Below are positions 1 through 7,421 of a DNA stretch of 32,000 nucleotides, in pieces (the first letter of the stretch is position 1; each line of letters starts with the position of its first letter). The position numbers were made by a program, and so were the translations under genes. Below the pieces are notes generated by a model that saw only the letters and a list, made by a program, of their open reading frames with translations, did no database searches and was not told the origin of the DNA. This stretch comes from Breznakia blatticola (lineage in GTDB: Bacteria; Bacillota_I; Bacilli_A; Erysipelotrichales; Erysipelotrichaceae), in assembly GCF_004365815.1 (NCBI RefSeq), contig NZ_SODD01000003.1:60001-92000 (forward strand), given 5' to 3'.

Positions 1-593
1 TAAATTTTTGCTTTAGGGTTAGCAGCTAATGCTCCTTGTTCGAATCCAGCTTGGAATGCTCCAATAACTGGTCCTTCCATACCACCGATAAATCCAACAC
101 TGTCAGATCCTAATGCTTTTGCTTCTAATGCAGCAGCAACACCAGCTAAGTATGAACCTTCGTGAGCAGCAAATACTGCAGATTGTACATTGTCAGCTTC
201 TACTACAGAATCAATAATTAAGAAGTTTGTTTCTGGGAATTGTGCAGAAACATCTTTCATTGCATCTTCGAATAAGTATCCAGCAGCAACTACTAGATCA
301 AATCCATCTTCAGATAATTGTGTAAGGTTACTTACGTAGTCAGCTTCAGCTTTTGATTCAAGGTATGTAATACAGTCATCTCCTAAACCTTCGTCTTCAG
401 CAAATTTTTTGATTCCTTCCCAAGATCCTTGGTTGAATGAACGGTCATCAATACCACCCATGTCAGTTACGAAACCAATTTTTACTTTACATGATTTGTC
501 ATCTGATCCTTTGTCTTTGTCATCTGACCCACCACAAGCTGTTAGTGTGAATACTAACATTGCACATAGTGCGATAATACTAAATTTTTTCAT
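1..593 (-). CDS. BMP-family (PnrA/Med-like) ABC-transporter substrate-binding lipoprotein, probably nucleoside-binding; C-terminal part lies beyond the window edge
   Basis: Absent from the ORF track because it is open at position 1. My minus-strand translation from ATG 593..591 (GGAGGT SD just upstream) reads MKKFSIIALCAMLVFTLTACGGSDDKDKGSDDKSCKVKIGFVTDMGGIDDRSFNQGSWEGIKKFAEDEG...HEGSYLAGVAAALEAKA. It has a signal peptide plus lipobox LTAC and the VTDxGGIDDxSFNQ motif typical of the BMP family. Confidence 0.8.
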   Translation of the reverse strand, partial: MKKFSIIALCAMLVFTLTACGGSDDKDKGSDDKSCKVKIGFVTDMGGIDDRSFNQGSWEGIKKFAEDEGLGDDCITYLESKAEADYVSNLTQLSEDGFDLVVAAGYLFEDAMKDVSAQFPETNFLIIDSVVEADNVQSAVFAAHEGSYLAGVAAALEAKALGSDSVGFIGGMEGPVIGAFQAGFEQGALAANPKAKI

Positions 594-639
594 CTTTACC
601 TCCGCGGGAAACTCCCTAAAAAACATTTAGTCAATCTAT

Positions 640-1482
640 TTATACAACGTAAACTTGTCCTTGTCTATTCATTAAAGCGATTTTCTTATAAGCATTCGCT
701 TCCGCTTCACTTACCGTCTTCATTCCGAACACGGATACCCCCTCTGGACGTACTCCATAAGGGCGGTAGCGTAGTAACTTATAAGGAATGCTCGCCTCAA
801 GATGTTTACTTACATAGTCAACGGTCTTCGTATTTTGCTCATCTTCTTCAGGCAACAATACGGTTCGCACTTCGACCAGTTTTCCTATCGATTGTAAGTA
901 TTCAAGATTTTCAAGAACAACTTTATTGCTGTATCTGCAAAGCTTTTGATGAAATGCTTCATCTACAGCTTTTACATCTAACATCACTCCATCACTAATC
1001 TCAAGTAGTGGTTTATACTGTTTAAAATCATATGCACCATTACTATCAATCAGACAGGTTAATCCCAACTTTTTCACTTCAACAAATAAATCATAAATGA
1101 AGTCTGCATAATTCATACATTCACCACCACTAACCGTAATTCCGCTAATGAATAATGCATGTTCTTTAATATATGCGACTAGTGTTTGTACATCGTATGT
1201 TTTCACTTTCGGGGATGAATGGTGTTTACATACTTTTATGCACGTATCACAGTCTACACATTTACTAGAATCCCAGACAACTTTTCCATTCACTTTGCTA
1301 AGTGCATGGGTTGGGCATGTTGGTATACATTCTCCACAATCCACACAAAGATTAATCGTTTCTGGATTGTGACAATACAAGCAACGAAATGGGCAACTTT
1401 GGAAAAAGATAGCCGTTCGATTTCCTGGTCCATCTACATTTGAAAAGGGAATAATCTTATTTACAATTGCAGTTTTACTCAC
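640..1482 (-). CDS. yjjW: glycyl-radical enzyme activating protein, YjjW-type (radical SAM)
   Basis: 280-aa ORF. VDGPGNR followed by the radical-SAM cluster motif CPFRCLYCHN, plus two ferredoxin-like clusters CVDCGECIPTCP and CVDCDTCIKVC. The GTG start (1482..1480) overlaps the stop of the upstream GRE gene (GTGAGTAA), suggesting translational coupling. Confidence 0.8.
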   Translation of the reverse strand: MSKTAIVNKIIPFSNVDGPGNRTAIFFQSCPFRCLYCHNPETINLCVDCGECIPTCPTHALSKVNGKVVWDSSKCVDCDTCIKVCKHHSSPKVKTYDVQTLVAYIKEHALFISGITVSGGECMNYADFIYDLFVEVKKLGLTCLIDSNGAYDFKQYKPLLEISDGVMLDVKAVDEAFHQKLCRYSNKVVLENLEYLQSIGKLVEVRTVLLPEEDEQNTKTVDYVSKHLEASIPYKLLRYRPYGVRPEGVSVFGMKTVSEAEANAYKKIALMNRQGQVYVV

Positions 1483-2974
1483 TGTAAATTTTGCGACTTA
1501 ACGCTTTTCCTTTTTCTTCTGCACCTTTTCCAAACATCGTTACTTGGTTTAGACTTGCTTCATTATTTCTTAATTTTTCAATTTCACTTCGTTTTACTAA
1601 ATATCCAGTTACTCGGACTACATCGTTATCTGCATTATATCCTGAGAAATAACGCATTCCACTAGTTAGAGCACCTTTAATAATTTGTAAGACTGCTTCT
1701 GGTGTTTTCGTCCATGTTTCATCAAACTTGAAGATATCTCCAACTCCAGAAACAAAATGTTTATGCATTTTTGCTTCCAATAAAATATGATCCCGTAATT
1801 CTGGTTCACTACCAATCGGAATTCTCACACCTGGTGAGTTTTCCGTACCATCACTATCGATTCCAACCTGTGCATGCATGACATAGGTATCATTGCACCC
1901 TTCACAGTACAATCCCTTATGTCCAACAACAAGGTCGTGAATCGTATCTAATATTTGCAAACCAAGATTGGTTGCTTCTTCGTTATGTCCATATCCTGCA
2001 TTTTGATCCTTACTATCAAGAAGATGGTTTACACATTCGGCTAAACCAACAACTCCAAACATACCTGTGAAGTTTTCTTGTTTTACAAACCCTTCTTTGA
2101 CTAAGAAGTTACTTTTGAAGAAACTTGATTCTTCAACAATGTAACGAATTCTTTGGTCCATGTTTTTTAGCATGATTTGTACATAATTTGGTAATACATG
2201 CGTAATGAAATCATTTGCATCTTTTGCCTTCAATGACGCATTATACAAACGAATTCTTGGTAATGTATACCCACCTCCACCAACACGTAGTGAATTGTAG
2301 CAACTAACAATTGCATATTCTTTTGAACCTGCATCTTGTTGGTACATCACATCATTGGCAAAACTTGGTTTACTTGTTGCTAACATACATTTTACACTGG
2401 CAACACCAAAGTCATCACTTGTTTTCTCTGGGTTATATAAAAGTGTAATGTTAGGAATCGCAAGTTGCATTTCCTCTGTTAGTTCTAAAATAATTCGACT
2501 TACGCGATTATCTTCTGGACCGATATTTGCATGCACGAAACTATCTGTTAATGTGCTATCGATATGTTGTAAGAATAAGCGTAATGCTTTCTTTGTTTGC
2601 TTTTCATCTGTATCAAATGGAGCGAATAATTTTGAGAAGTTTCCTAAATATACTGGAAATGAAGTAATACTAGGTACATGCTTATAGAAAATCAATAAGG
2701 CATTAGTTGCTTCCCAAATATCTGTTGGTGCTTCTATGTTTAAAAACTTACACCCTTTTTCCATTAATACTTTGTAATCAGGCACTATATACCGTGGTCG
2801 GTATGGTGCAAGACCTTCACCTAAGTCACATAAAATTTCTTCATTTAATGCTTCAATCCATTCTGGATCACGAGCTAATGAATCATCCATGTTTTCCGCT
2901 AAGCGAGCAAGTGATAAAACTTGTTGTTCATACGTTAAGGTTGGATCGCTAATAATATCGTGTACTTTGCTCAT
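1475..2974 (-). CDS. yjjI: short glycyl-radical enzyme, YjjI family (substrate unknown)
   Basis: 499-aa ORF with SD AGGAGA 6 nt upstream. C-terminal glycyl-radical fingerprint VVRVTGYLVKR (Gly457 codon = 1604..1606). About 500 aa rather than the 750-850 aa of PFL-type GREs, matching the YjjI class. A dedicated activase lies immediately downstream. Confidence 0.75.
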   Translation of the reverse strand: MSKVHDIISDPTLTYEQQVLSLARLAENMDDSLARDPEWIEALNEEILCDLGEGLAPYRPRYIVPDYKVLMEKGCKFLNIEAPTDIWEATNALLIFYKHVPSITSFPVYLGNFSKLFAPFDTDEKQTKKALRLFLQHIDSTLTDSFVHANIGPEDNRVSRIILELTEEMQLAIPNITLLYNPEKTSDDFGVASVKCMLATSKPSFANDVMYQQDAGSKEYAIVSCYNSLRVGGGGYTLPRIRLYNASLKAKDANDFITHVLPNYVQIMLKNMDQRIRYIVEESSFFKSNFLVKEGFVKQENFTGMFGVVGLAECVNHLLDSKDQNAGYGHNEEATNLGLQILDTIHDLVVGHKGLYCEGCNDTYVMHAQVGIDSDGTENSPGVRIPIGSEPELRDHILLEAKMHKHFVSGVGDIFKFDETWTKTPEAVLQIIKGALTSGMRYFSGYNADNDVVRVTGYLVKRSEIEKLRNNEASLNQVTMFGKGAEEKGKALSRKIYSE

Positions 2975-2985
2975 CCTGTTCTCCT

Positions 2986-4185
2986 TTATTTTTCTAGTTG
3001 TTCAACTAGCGTATCTAAAACACTTTCACCAATGGTACCTTCTGGCATTGCAACTTCAAAGTTATCGCAAATCGTAGCACCAATATTGGCAAATGTATCA
3101 AATTCTGTAATATGTTTTCCCGCTACCATCTTCTTGCTGTAGGCGATGAATGGTACTGTTTCTTTGGTATGATCACTACCTTCATATGTTGGATCATTTC
3201 CATGGTCTGCAGTAATAATTACCAAATCATCATCTTGCATTTGTTCTATAAACACATTTAATTTTTCATCAAATCGTTCCAGTTCTTCTCCATATCCTAC
3301 AGGGTTTCTTCTGTGTCCCCATAAAGCATCGAAGTCAACTAGGTTGGTAAAACATAACCCGGTAAAATCTTTTTGTAGTAGATCAATGGTTTGTTCCATC
3401 CCGTGAACTGAACTTTTACTTTTATATGCTTCACTAATGCCTTCACCATCGAAGATATCTTTAATCTTTCCAACACTGATGACATCATAGCCACCATCTT
3501 TTAAAGCATCTAGTGCAGTTGGACCGTATGGTTTTAATGCATAATCATGACGATTTGCCGTACGGACAAATTCACCTTTTTTACTTCCTGTGTATGGACG
3601 TGCAATAACACGACCAACCATCCATTCTGGACGCATCGTTAATTCACGTGCAATTTCACAGTATTTATATAAAGTTTCTACACCCATCGTTTCTTCATTC
3701 CCACAAATTTGCAGAACGGAATCCGCAGATGTATACACAATTAAGACACCATTGTTGATTTCATCTTCACCAAATTCATCAAGAATTTCAGTACCTGATG
3801 CACTTTTATTTCCAACAATTTTACGACCTGTACGTTTTTCCAATTCATCAATTAATTCTTTTGGAAATCCAGTTTCTGTAAATGTTTTAAATGGTGTTTT
3901 AATTTCAAGACCCATCATTTCCCAGTGTCCAGTCATCGTATCTTTTCCAACACTTGCTTCTTTCATTTTTGTGTAAACTGCTTTAGGTGAAGCATTTGCT
4001 TCTACACTTGCAAGTGGTGTAATATTTGCCATTCCAAGTTTTTGTAATGTTGGAATTTTGAAGTTAGGCATATGATCTGCAATGTGTGCTAATGTATTTG
4101 CACCAGTATCATAACCTGGTAAATCATCTGCACCAACGCCAAGTGAATCAACGACGATGGTAAAGATTCTTTTATAGTTTTTCAT
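2986..4185 (-). CDS. deoB: phosphopentomutase
   Basis: 399 aa. N-terminal [14 protein letters not shown] and C-terminal [21 protein letters not shown] motifs of the alkaline-phosphatase-superfamily phosphopentomutase. SD AAGGAGA. Lies 11 nt after deoD. Confidence 0.93.
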   Translation of the reverse strand: MKNYKRIFTIVVDSLGVGADDLPGYDTGANTLAHIADHMPNFKIPTLQKLGMANITPLASVEANASPKAVYTKMKEASVGKDTMTGHWEMMGLEIKTPFKTFTETGFPKELIDELEKRTGRKIVGNKSASGTEILDEFGEDEINNGVLIVYTSADSVLQICGNEETMGVETLYKYCEIARELTMRPEWMVGRVIARPYTGSKKGEFVRTANRHDYALKPYGPTALDALKDGGYDVISVGKIKDIFDGEGISEAYKSKSSVHGMEQTIDLLQKDFTGLCFTNLVDFDALWGHRRNPVGYGEELERFDEKLNVFIEQMQDDDLVIITADHGNDPTYEGSDHTKETVPFIAYSKKMVAGKHITEFDTFANIGATICDNFEVAMPEGTIGESVLDTLVEQLEK

Positions 4186-4196
4186 TAGAACTCTCC

Positions 4197-4913
4197 TTAT
4201 AGTTTAATTGCACTTTCTAAGGCAACTTCCATCATTTCATTGAATGAATTTTGTCTTTGTTCAGCTGTTGTTACTTCGTGTGTTACTAATGAATCAGAGA
4301 TTGTTAGTAAACATGCAGCTTTCTTACCTAAGATTTGTGCGTTATGGAATAATGCAAAACTTTCCATTTCGACACATACACAACCATGTTTTTCATAGAA
4401 CTCAACGTGTCCATCTACATTATCTTCATGATAGAACACATCACTTGAGTGAATTGTATTCTCGTGAACGGTTTTTCCAATCTTTGTTGCTGTGTCAGCA
4501 ATCAATGCATTTAATTCACGGTTTGGTTCGATTACATCTTTATCATAACCAGATTGTGCAAGTGCAAAACTTGATTCACTCCATGCATCTTTTGCAAGCA
4601 CAAGATCAAATAGGTTTAAATTATCTGTATATGCTCCTGCACTACCAATACGAATAATTACTTCTACATCAAAGAATTTAAATAATTCATATGAGTAGAT
4701 ACCAATGCTAGGCATTCCCATTCCTGAACCCATAACACTGATTTCCTTTCCTTTATATGTTCCGGTAAATCCAAACATATTTCTTACACTATTAAATTGT
4801 TTTACATCCTCTAAGTATGTATCAGCGATAAACTTAGCACGTAAAGGATCACCCGGCATCAGAACAACTTTAGCAATTTGTCCCTTTTCTGCTTGAATGT
4901 GTGGTGTTGCCAT
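4197..4913 (-). CDS. deoD: purine nucleoside phosphorylase, DeoD type
   Basis: 238 aa. [30 protein letters not shown]...[17 protein letters not shown]...CVCVEMES, full-length resemblance to hexameric DeoD PNP. SD AGGAGGAG at 4920..4927. Confidence 0.93.
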   Translation of the reverse strand: MATPHIQAEKGQIAKVVLMPGDPLRAKFIADTYLEDVKQFNSVRNMFGFTGTYKGKEISVMGSGMGMPSIGIYSYELFKFFDVEVIIRIGSAGAYTDNLNLFDLVLAKDAWSESSFALAQSGYDKDVIEPNRELNALIADTATKIGKTVHENTIHSSDVFYHEDNVDGHVEFYEKHGCVCVEMESFALFHNAQILGKKAACLLTISDSLVTHEVTTAEQRQNSFNEMMEVALESAIKL

Positions 4914-4929
4914 AAATTTCTCCTCCTAT

Positions 4930-4960
4930 GACATGCTTTTTAAATTTTTCTGCGCATGTC
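4930..4960. promoter_or_regulatory. inverted repeat GACATGC-N17-GCATGTC in the deoD / crp-like divergent intergenic region (operator or 5'-UTR hairpin)
   Basis: GACATGC 4930..4936 and GCATGTC 4954..4960 are exact reverse complements. A third ACATGC lies at 4964..4969. On the minus-strand RNA the stem ends 2 nt before the deoD SD. Confidence 0.35.
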
Positions 4961-4961
4961 T

Positions 4962-4991
4962 TTACATGCACATCATAACTTGGTGTATAAT
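4962..4991 (+). promoter_or_regulatory. candidate sigma-A promoter of the Crp/Fnr-family gene
   Basis: TTACAT (4962..4967), 18-nt spacer, TATAAT (4986..4991), about 38 nt upstream of ATG 5030. Confidence 0.4.
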
Positions 4992-5029
4992 ATTAAAAAA
5001 GGCCATGTGTCCCTTTTTGGAGAAAAAAT

Positions 5030-5767
5030 ATGAAATTTTTATTAGATCAGATTGAGCACCTATTACAACCCGATACATATGCATTTCTAGCAACGCTTTT
5101 TAAGCAATGTCCAAAAGATATACTAATGCGTATGGATATCATGCATTTTCCCAAGAATCATATTATTATGCATACGGGAGATCCCAACAAAGATGTCTAC
5201 ATTCTTGTCAAAGGTGGAATTGAAGGGGTCGATGAGTCAGTACCAACCATTCCATATACATTCAGTGATTTACGTCCAATTGATATATTAGGTGACTATG
5301 AATTATTTAGTAATGTAGCCACACGGTATGTATCTTTACGAACAACAACTGAAACAACATGCTTAAGAATCAATGCCCAAGATTATTTAAGCTGGATGAA
5401 AACCGATATCAACGCGTTATTTATGCGTATGGGAATGTTAATGCTTGTACTTGGACAAGAGACCCAGTTCCATCGTCAATTCTTATTTTTAGACAATGAA
5501 ACTCGATTATTATTATTCTTACTCGAACAAGTAGAAAAGAAAGCAAAACACTTTCCGTACAAAGTTGAAGCAAGTCGTGAACAAATCGCTTCACGTATCG
5601 CAAGTAGTATTCGTACACTCAATCGAACACTATCAAAACTTGAAGACATGGGAATGATTTCTCGTGTTCATGGAAAAATCATTATTTCAAAACAACAGAG
5701 TGTTCTAATCAAAGCTGCAATTCATCAAGCAGAAAATGATTTACGACTCACTTTACCGAAGACATAA
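5030..5767 (+). CDS. Crp/Fnr-family transcriptional regulator (cNMP-binding-like domain + C-terminal HTH)
   Basis: 245 aa, SD GGAGA. The N-terminal beta-barrel-like effector region (..DVYILVKGGIEG..) and C-terminal HTH (REQIASRIASSIRTLNRTLSKLEDMGMI) fit the Crp/Fnr layout. There is no N-terminal Cys cluster, so it is not a classical FNR. Confidence 0.7.
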   Translation: MKFLLDQIEHLLQPDTYAFLATLFKQCPKDILMRMDIMHFPKNHIIMHTGDPNKDVYILVKGGIEGVDESVPTIPYTFSDLRPIDILGDYELFSNVATRYVSLRTTTETTCLRINAQDYLSWMKTDINALFMRMGMLMLVLGQETQFHRQFLFLDNETRLLLFLLEQVEKKAKHFPYKVEASREQIASRIASSIRTLNRTLSKLEDMGMISRVHGKIIISKQQSVLIKAAIHQAENDLRLTLPKT

Positions 5768-5778
5768 GAGTAATTATT

Positions 5779-5808
5779 AAAAAACTCTCAACAGTGTTGA
5801 AAGTTTTT
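5779..5808. terminator. bidirectional intrinsic terminator between convergent genes
   Basis: A-run, then CTCTCAAC (5785..5792), loop agt, GTTGAAAG (5796..5803), then TTTTT. One mismatch in an 8-bp stem. Confidence 0.65.
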
Positions 5809-5811
5809 AAT

Positions 5812-6198
5812 CTAGAGAAAACTTGAATGAATCACATCATTCACTTGAATTACATCTTTTCCTATAAATTTAAAATAGAAATTCTTTGTAGTTATTGAAT
5901 CAAACTTTGTTGTGTAATAAATAAGTCCATTGACAGTAACTTTAAATAATTCACGCTTTCCAATGGTTACCGTATCTTCTATTTGGCACACCACACTATT
6001 ATTTTCGGGAGAATCTAAAATTTTCCCAAATAAAAGTATTTTACAATCATATAGTTCATTCAATTTCATGAAATCGAAATTTTCTAAACTATATAAAGCT
6101 GAATCATCAAAACACTCATCTATAGTTAAGGTATCCTGATTTTGAAGATTTAATACTCTAGTCATTGCAGATTCCTTAATATTCAATAATTTGTACAT
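5812..6198 (-). CDS. hypothetical protein (128 aa)
   Basis: ORF with strong SD GGGAGG 6 nt before ATG 6198. No motif I recognise. Confidence 0.6.
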   Translation of the reverse strand: MYKLLNIKESAMTRVLNLQNQDTLTIDECFDDSALYSLENFDFMKLNELYDCKILLFGKILDSPENNSVVCQIEDTVTIGKRELFKVTVNGLIYYTTKFDSITTKNFYFKFIGKDVIQVNDVIHSSFL

Positions 6199-6590
6199 AT
6201 TAACCTCCCTATTTATTTACTGAGATAAAATAAAACGATAAAAACCATACTTCACATATGCAATAGTATATTTTGGAAAAAATCATCCATTATATATTTG
6301 CGATTTACACATACCTCTGTTTCTACTGTATTCATATTTCTCATACATAGAGATTTCTTTTTTCACCTACCTCTAGTACTTTTAAACCTATACGATGATA
6401 TTTGCATCACTATTCACAACGTGCTAAACTAAGTACGTCATTGTTATTCATTGACATTTCCTCCTTGTATTTATTGTTGAATGCAGTTGCTATGCCGCAC
6501 TTCAATCATCATACAGGAGGTTTTTTTCATTTTCCTCCACTAAAAATTATTAAGACTACTAAATTATGCAGAGTACTCTTTATACAACAG

Positions 6591-6613
6591 AAAAGCAGCA
6601 ACCGCTGCTTTTT
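6591..6613 (-). terminator. intrinsic terminator after the LytTR regulator gene
   Basis: AAAAGCAGC (6591..6599), loop aacc, GCTGCTTTT (6604..6612), a perfect 9-bp stem. It lies 9 nt downstream of the stop at 6622. Confidence 0.65.
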
Positions 6614-6621
6614 GTATTATA

Positions 6622-7293
6622 TTATAAAGTTTTCGCGCGTATGTAACGCAGTAATTTAGGTTTACGTGAGCGCGATATAGGTAGACGCACATGGTTATGT
6701 AGTTCTACTTCATCACCTTCAATTCTGAAAATATATTCATAATTGACAAGAATTCCGCTGTTTACCCGAACGAAATCGTATGGTTCAAACTCTTCACTTT
6801 TCTTGTTCATACTTCCACGTTCGTAAAATTCACCACGCTTTGTATAGTATACCAAGTTCTTTTCTTCTTTTATCACGTAATAAATGTCATGGTATTTCAA
6901 TTTCAATGTGACTCCATTATATGAGAATAAATACTCACTATGTTTACGTAAACGAATATTGATCATATCTTTGATGCGAACAAACTCATTGGCAAAATCC
7001 GAACGCTTGATGCGAAAGATTCGTCCATAGTTAACATTTTGACTTTCATATCCATCTTGGCATAAGTAAATATACACACTATTGCTTTTATCAAAATTCA
7101 ATGCAGATGTAATACGCACATTATTGTATGCCTCATTTAAAATGACAACATCAAATTGCCCTGTATCTTCTTTGACTAAATCCACAATCTTCTCATAGTA
7201 GTTAAACGTAAATTCATCACTTAGAATCTTCGGTAATAAGAAGATAACATCTTTAGCAATTTTTTCTTGTTCAACTATTGCAACTTTCAACAT
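6622..7293 (-). CDS. LytTR-family DNA-binding regulator with degenerate (non-phosphorylatable-looking) N-terminal receiver-like domain
   Basis: The C-terminal half (..LKYHDIYYVIKEEKNLVYYTKRGEFYERGSMNKKSEEFEPYDFVRVNSGILVNYEYI..) has the LytTR pattern. The start is moved to ATG 7293 (SD AGGAGA 8 nt upstream), because the track start at 7299 is a TTG. No sensor kinase is adjacent. Confidence 0.7.
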   Translation of the reverse strand: MLKVAIVEQEKIAKDVIFLLPKILSDEFTFNYYEKIVDLVKEDTGQFDVVILNEAYNNVRITSALNFDKSNSVYIYLCQDGYESQNVNYGRIFRIKRSDFANEFVRIKDMINIRLRKHSEYLFSYNGVTLKLKYHDIYYVIKEEKNLVYYTKRGEFYERGSMNKKSEEFEPYDFVRVNSGILVNYEYIFRIEGDEVELHNHVRLPISRSRKPKLLRYIRAKTL

Positions 7294-7351
7294 ACACAAA
7301 ATCTCCTACAGGTATTATACACTATTCTAATTTTTTCCCAAAGGATAATCG

Positions 7352-7380
7352 TTGACAAAATATCGAAACCGTTTTATTAT
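7352..7380 (+). promoter_or_regulatory. copA promoter
   Basis: TTGACA (7352..7357), 17 nt, TATTAT (7375..7380). Confidence 0.7.
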
Positions 7381-7383
7381 GAA

Positions 7384-7403
7384 TACACACCCCTAGGGGG
7401 TAT
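7384..7403. promoter_or_regulatory. CsoR-type operator (G/C-tract pseudo-palindrome)
   Basis: ATACACACCCCTAGGGGGTAT. The core CCCCTAGGGG (7390..7399) is a perfect palindrome flanked by ATAC/GTAT. It lies directly downstream of the -10 box, and a csoR gene is in the same operon. Confidence 0.7.
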
Positions 7404-7421
7404 TAGAAATGAGGTGTTACA

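Noticed and set aside
409-630. 73-aa plus-strand ORF from the track at the left edge
   Set aside because: It lies entirely antisense to the BMP lipoprotein CDS (1..593), whose translation has a clear signal peptide, lipobox and family motifs. It has no SD and a low-complexity product.
1148-4896. Many 60-137 aa ORFs inside yjjW, yjjI, deoB and deoD on the opposite strand (e.g. 2355..2687, 3590..3976, 4244..4657)
   Set aside because: They are embedded antisense in CDSs with strong family signatures, have no SDs, and have skewed compositions typical of antisense frames in AT-rich DNA. The same reasoning applies to the short ORFs inside copA, the degV genes, nifJ (17260..19143), nnr, the GH1 genes and the PTS gene.
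6402-6659. 85-aa plus-strand ORF in the gap beside the LytTR gene
   Set aside because: It has no SD. It runs through the LytTR terminator hairpin and into the 3' end of the LytTR CDS. Its product is low-complexity and hydrophobic, with no motif.
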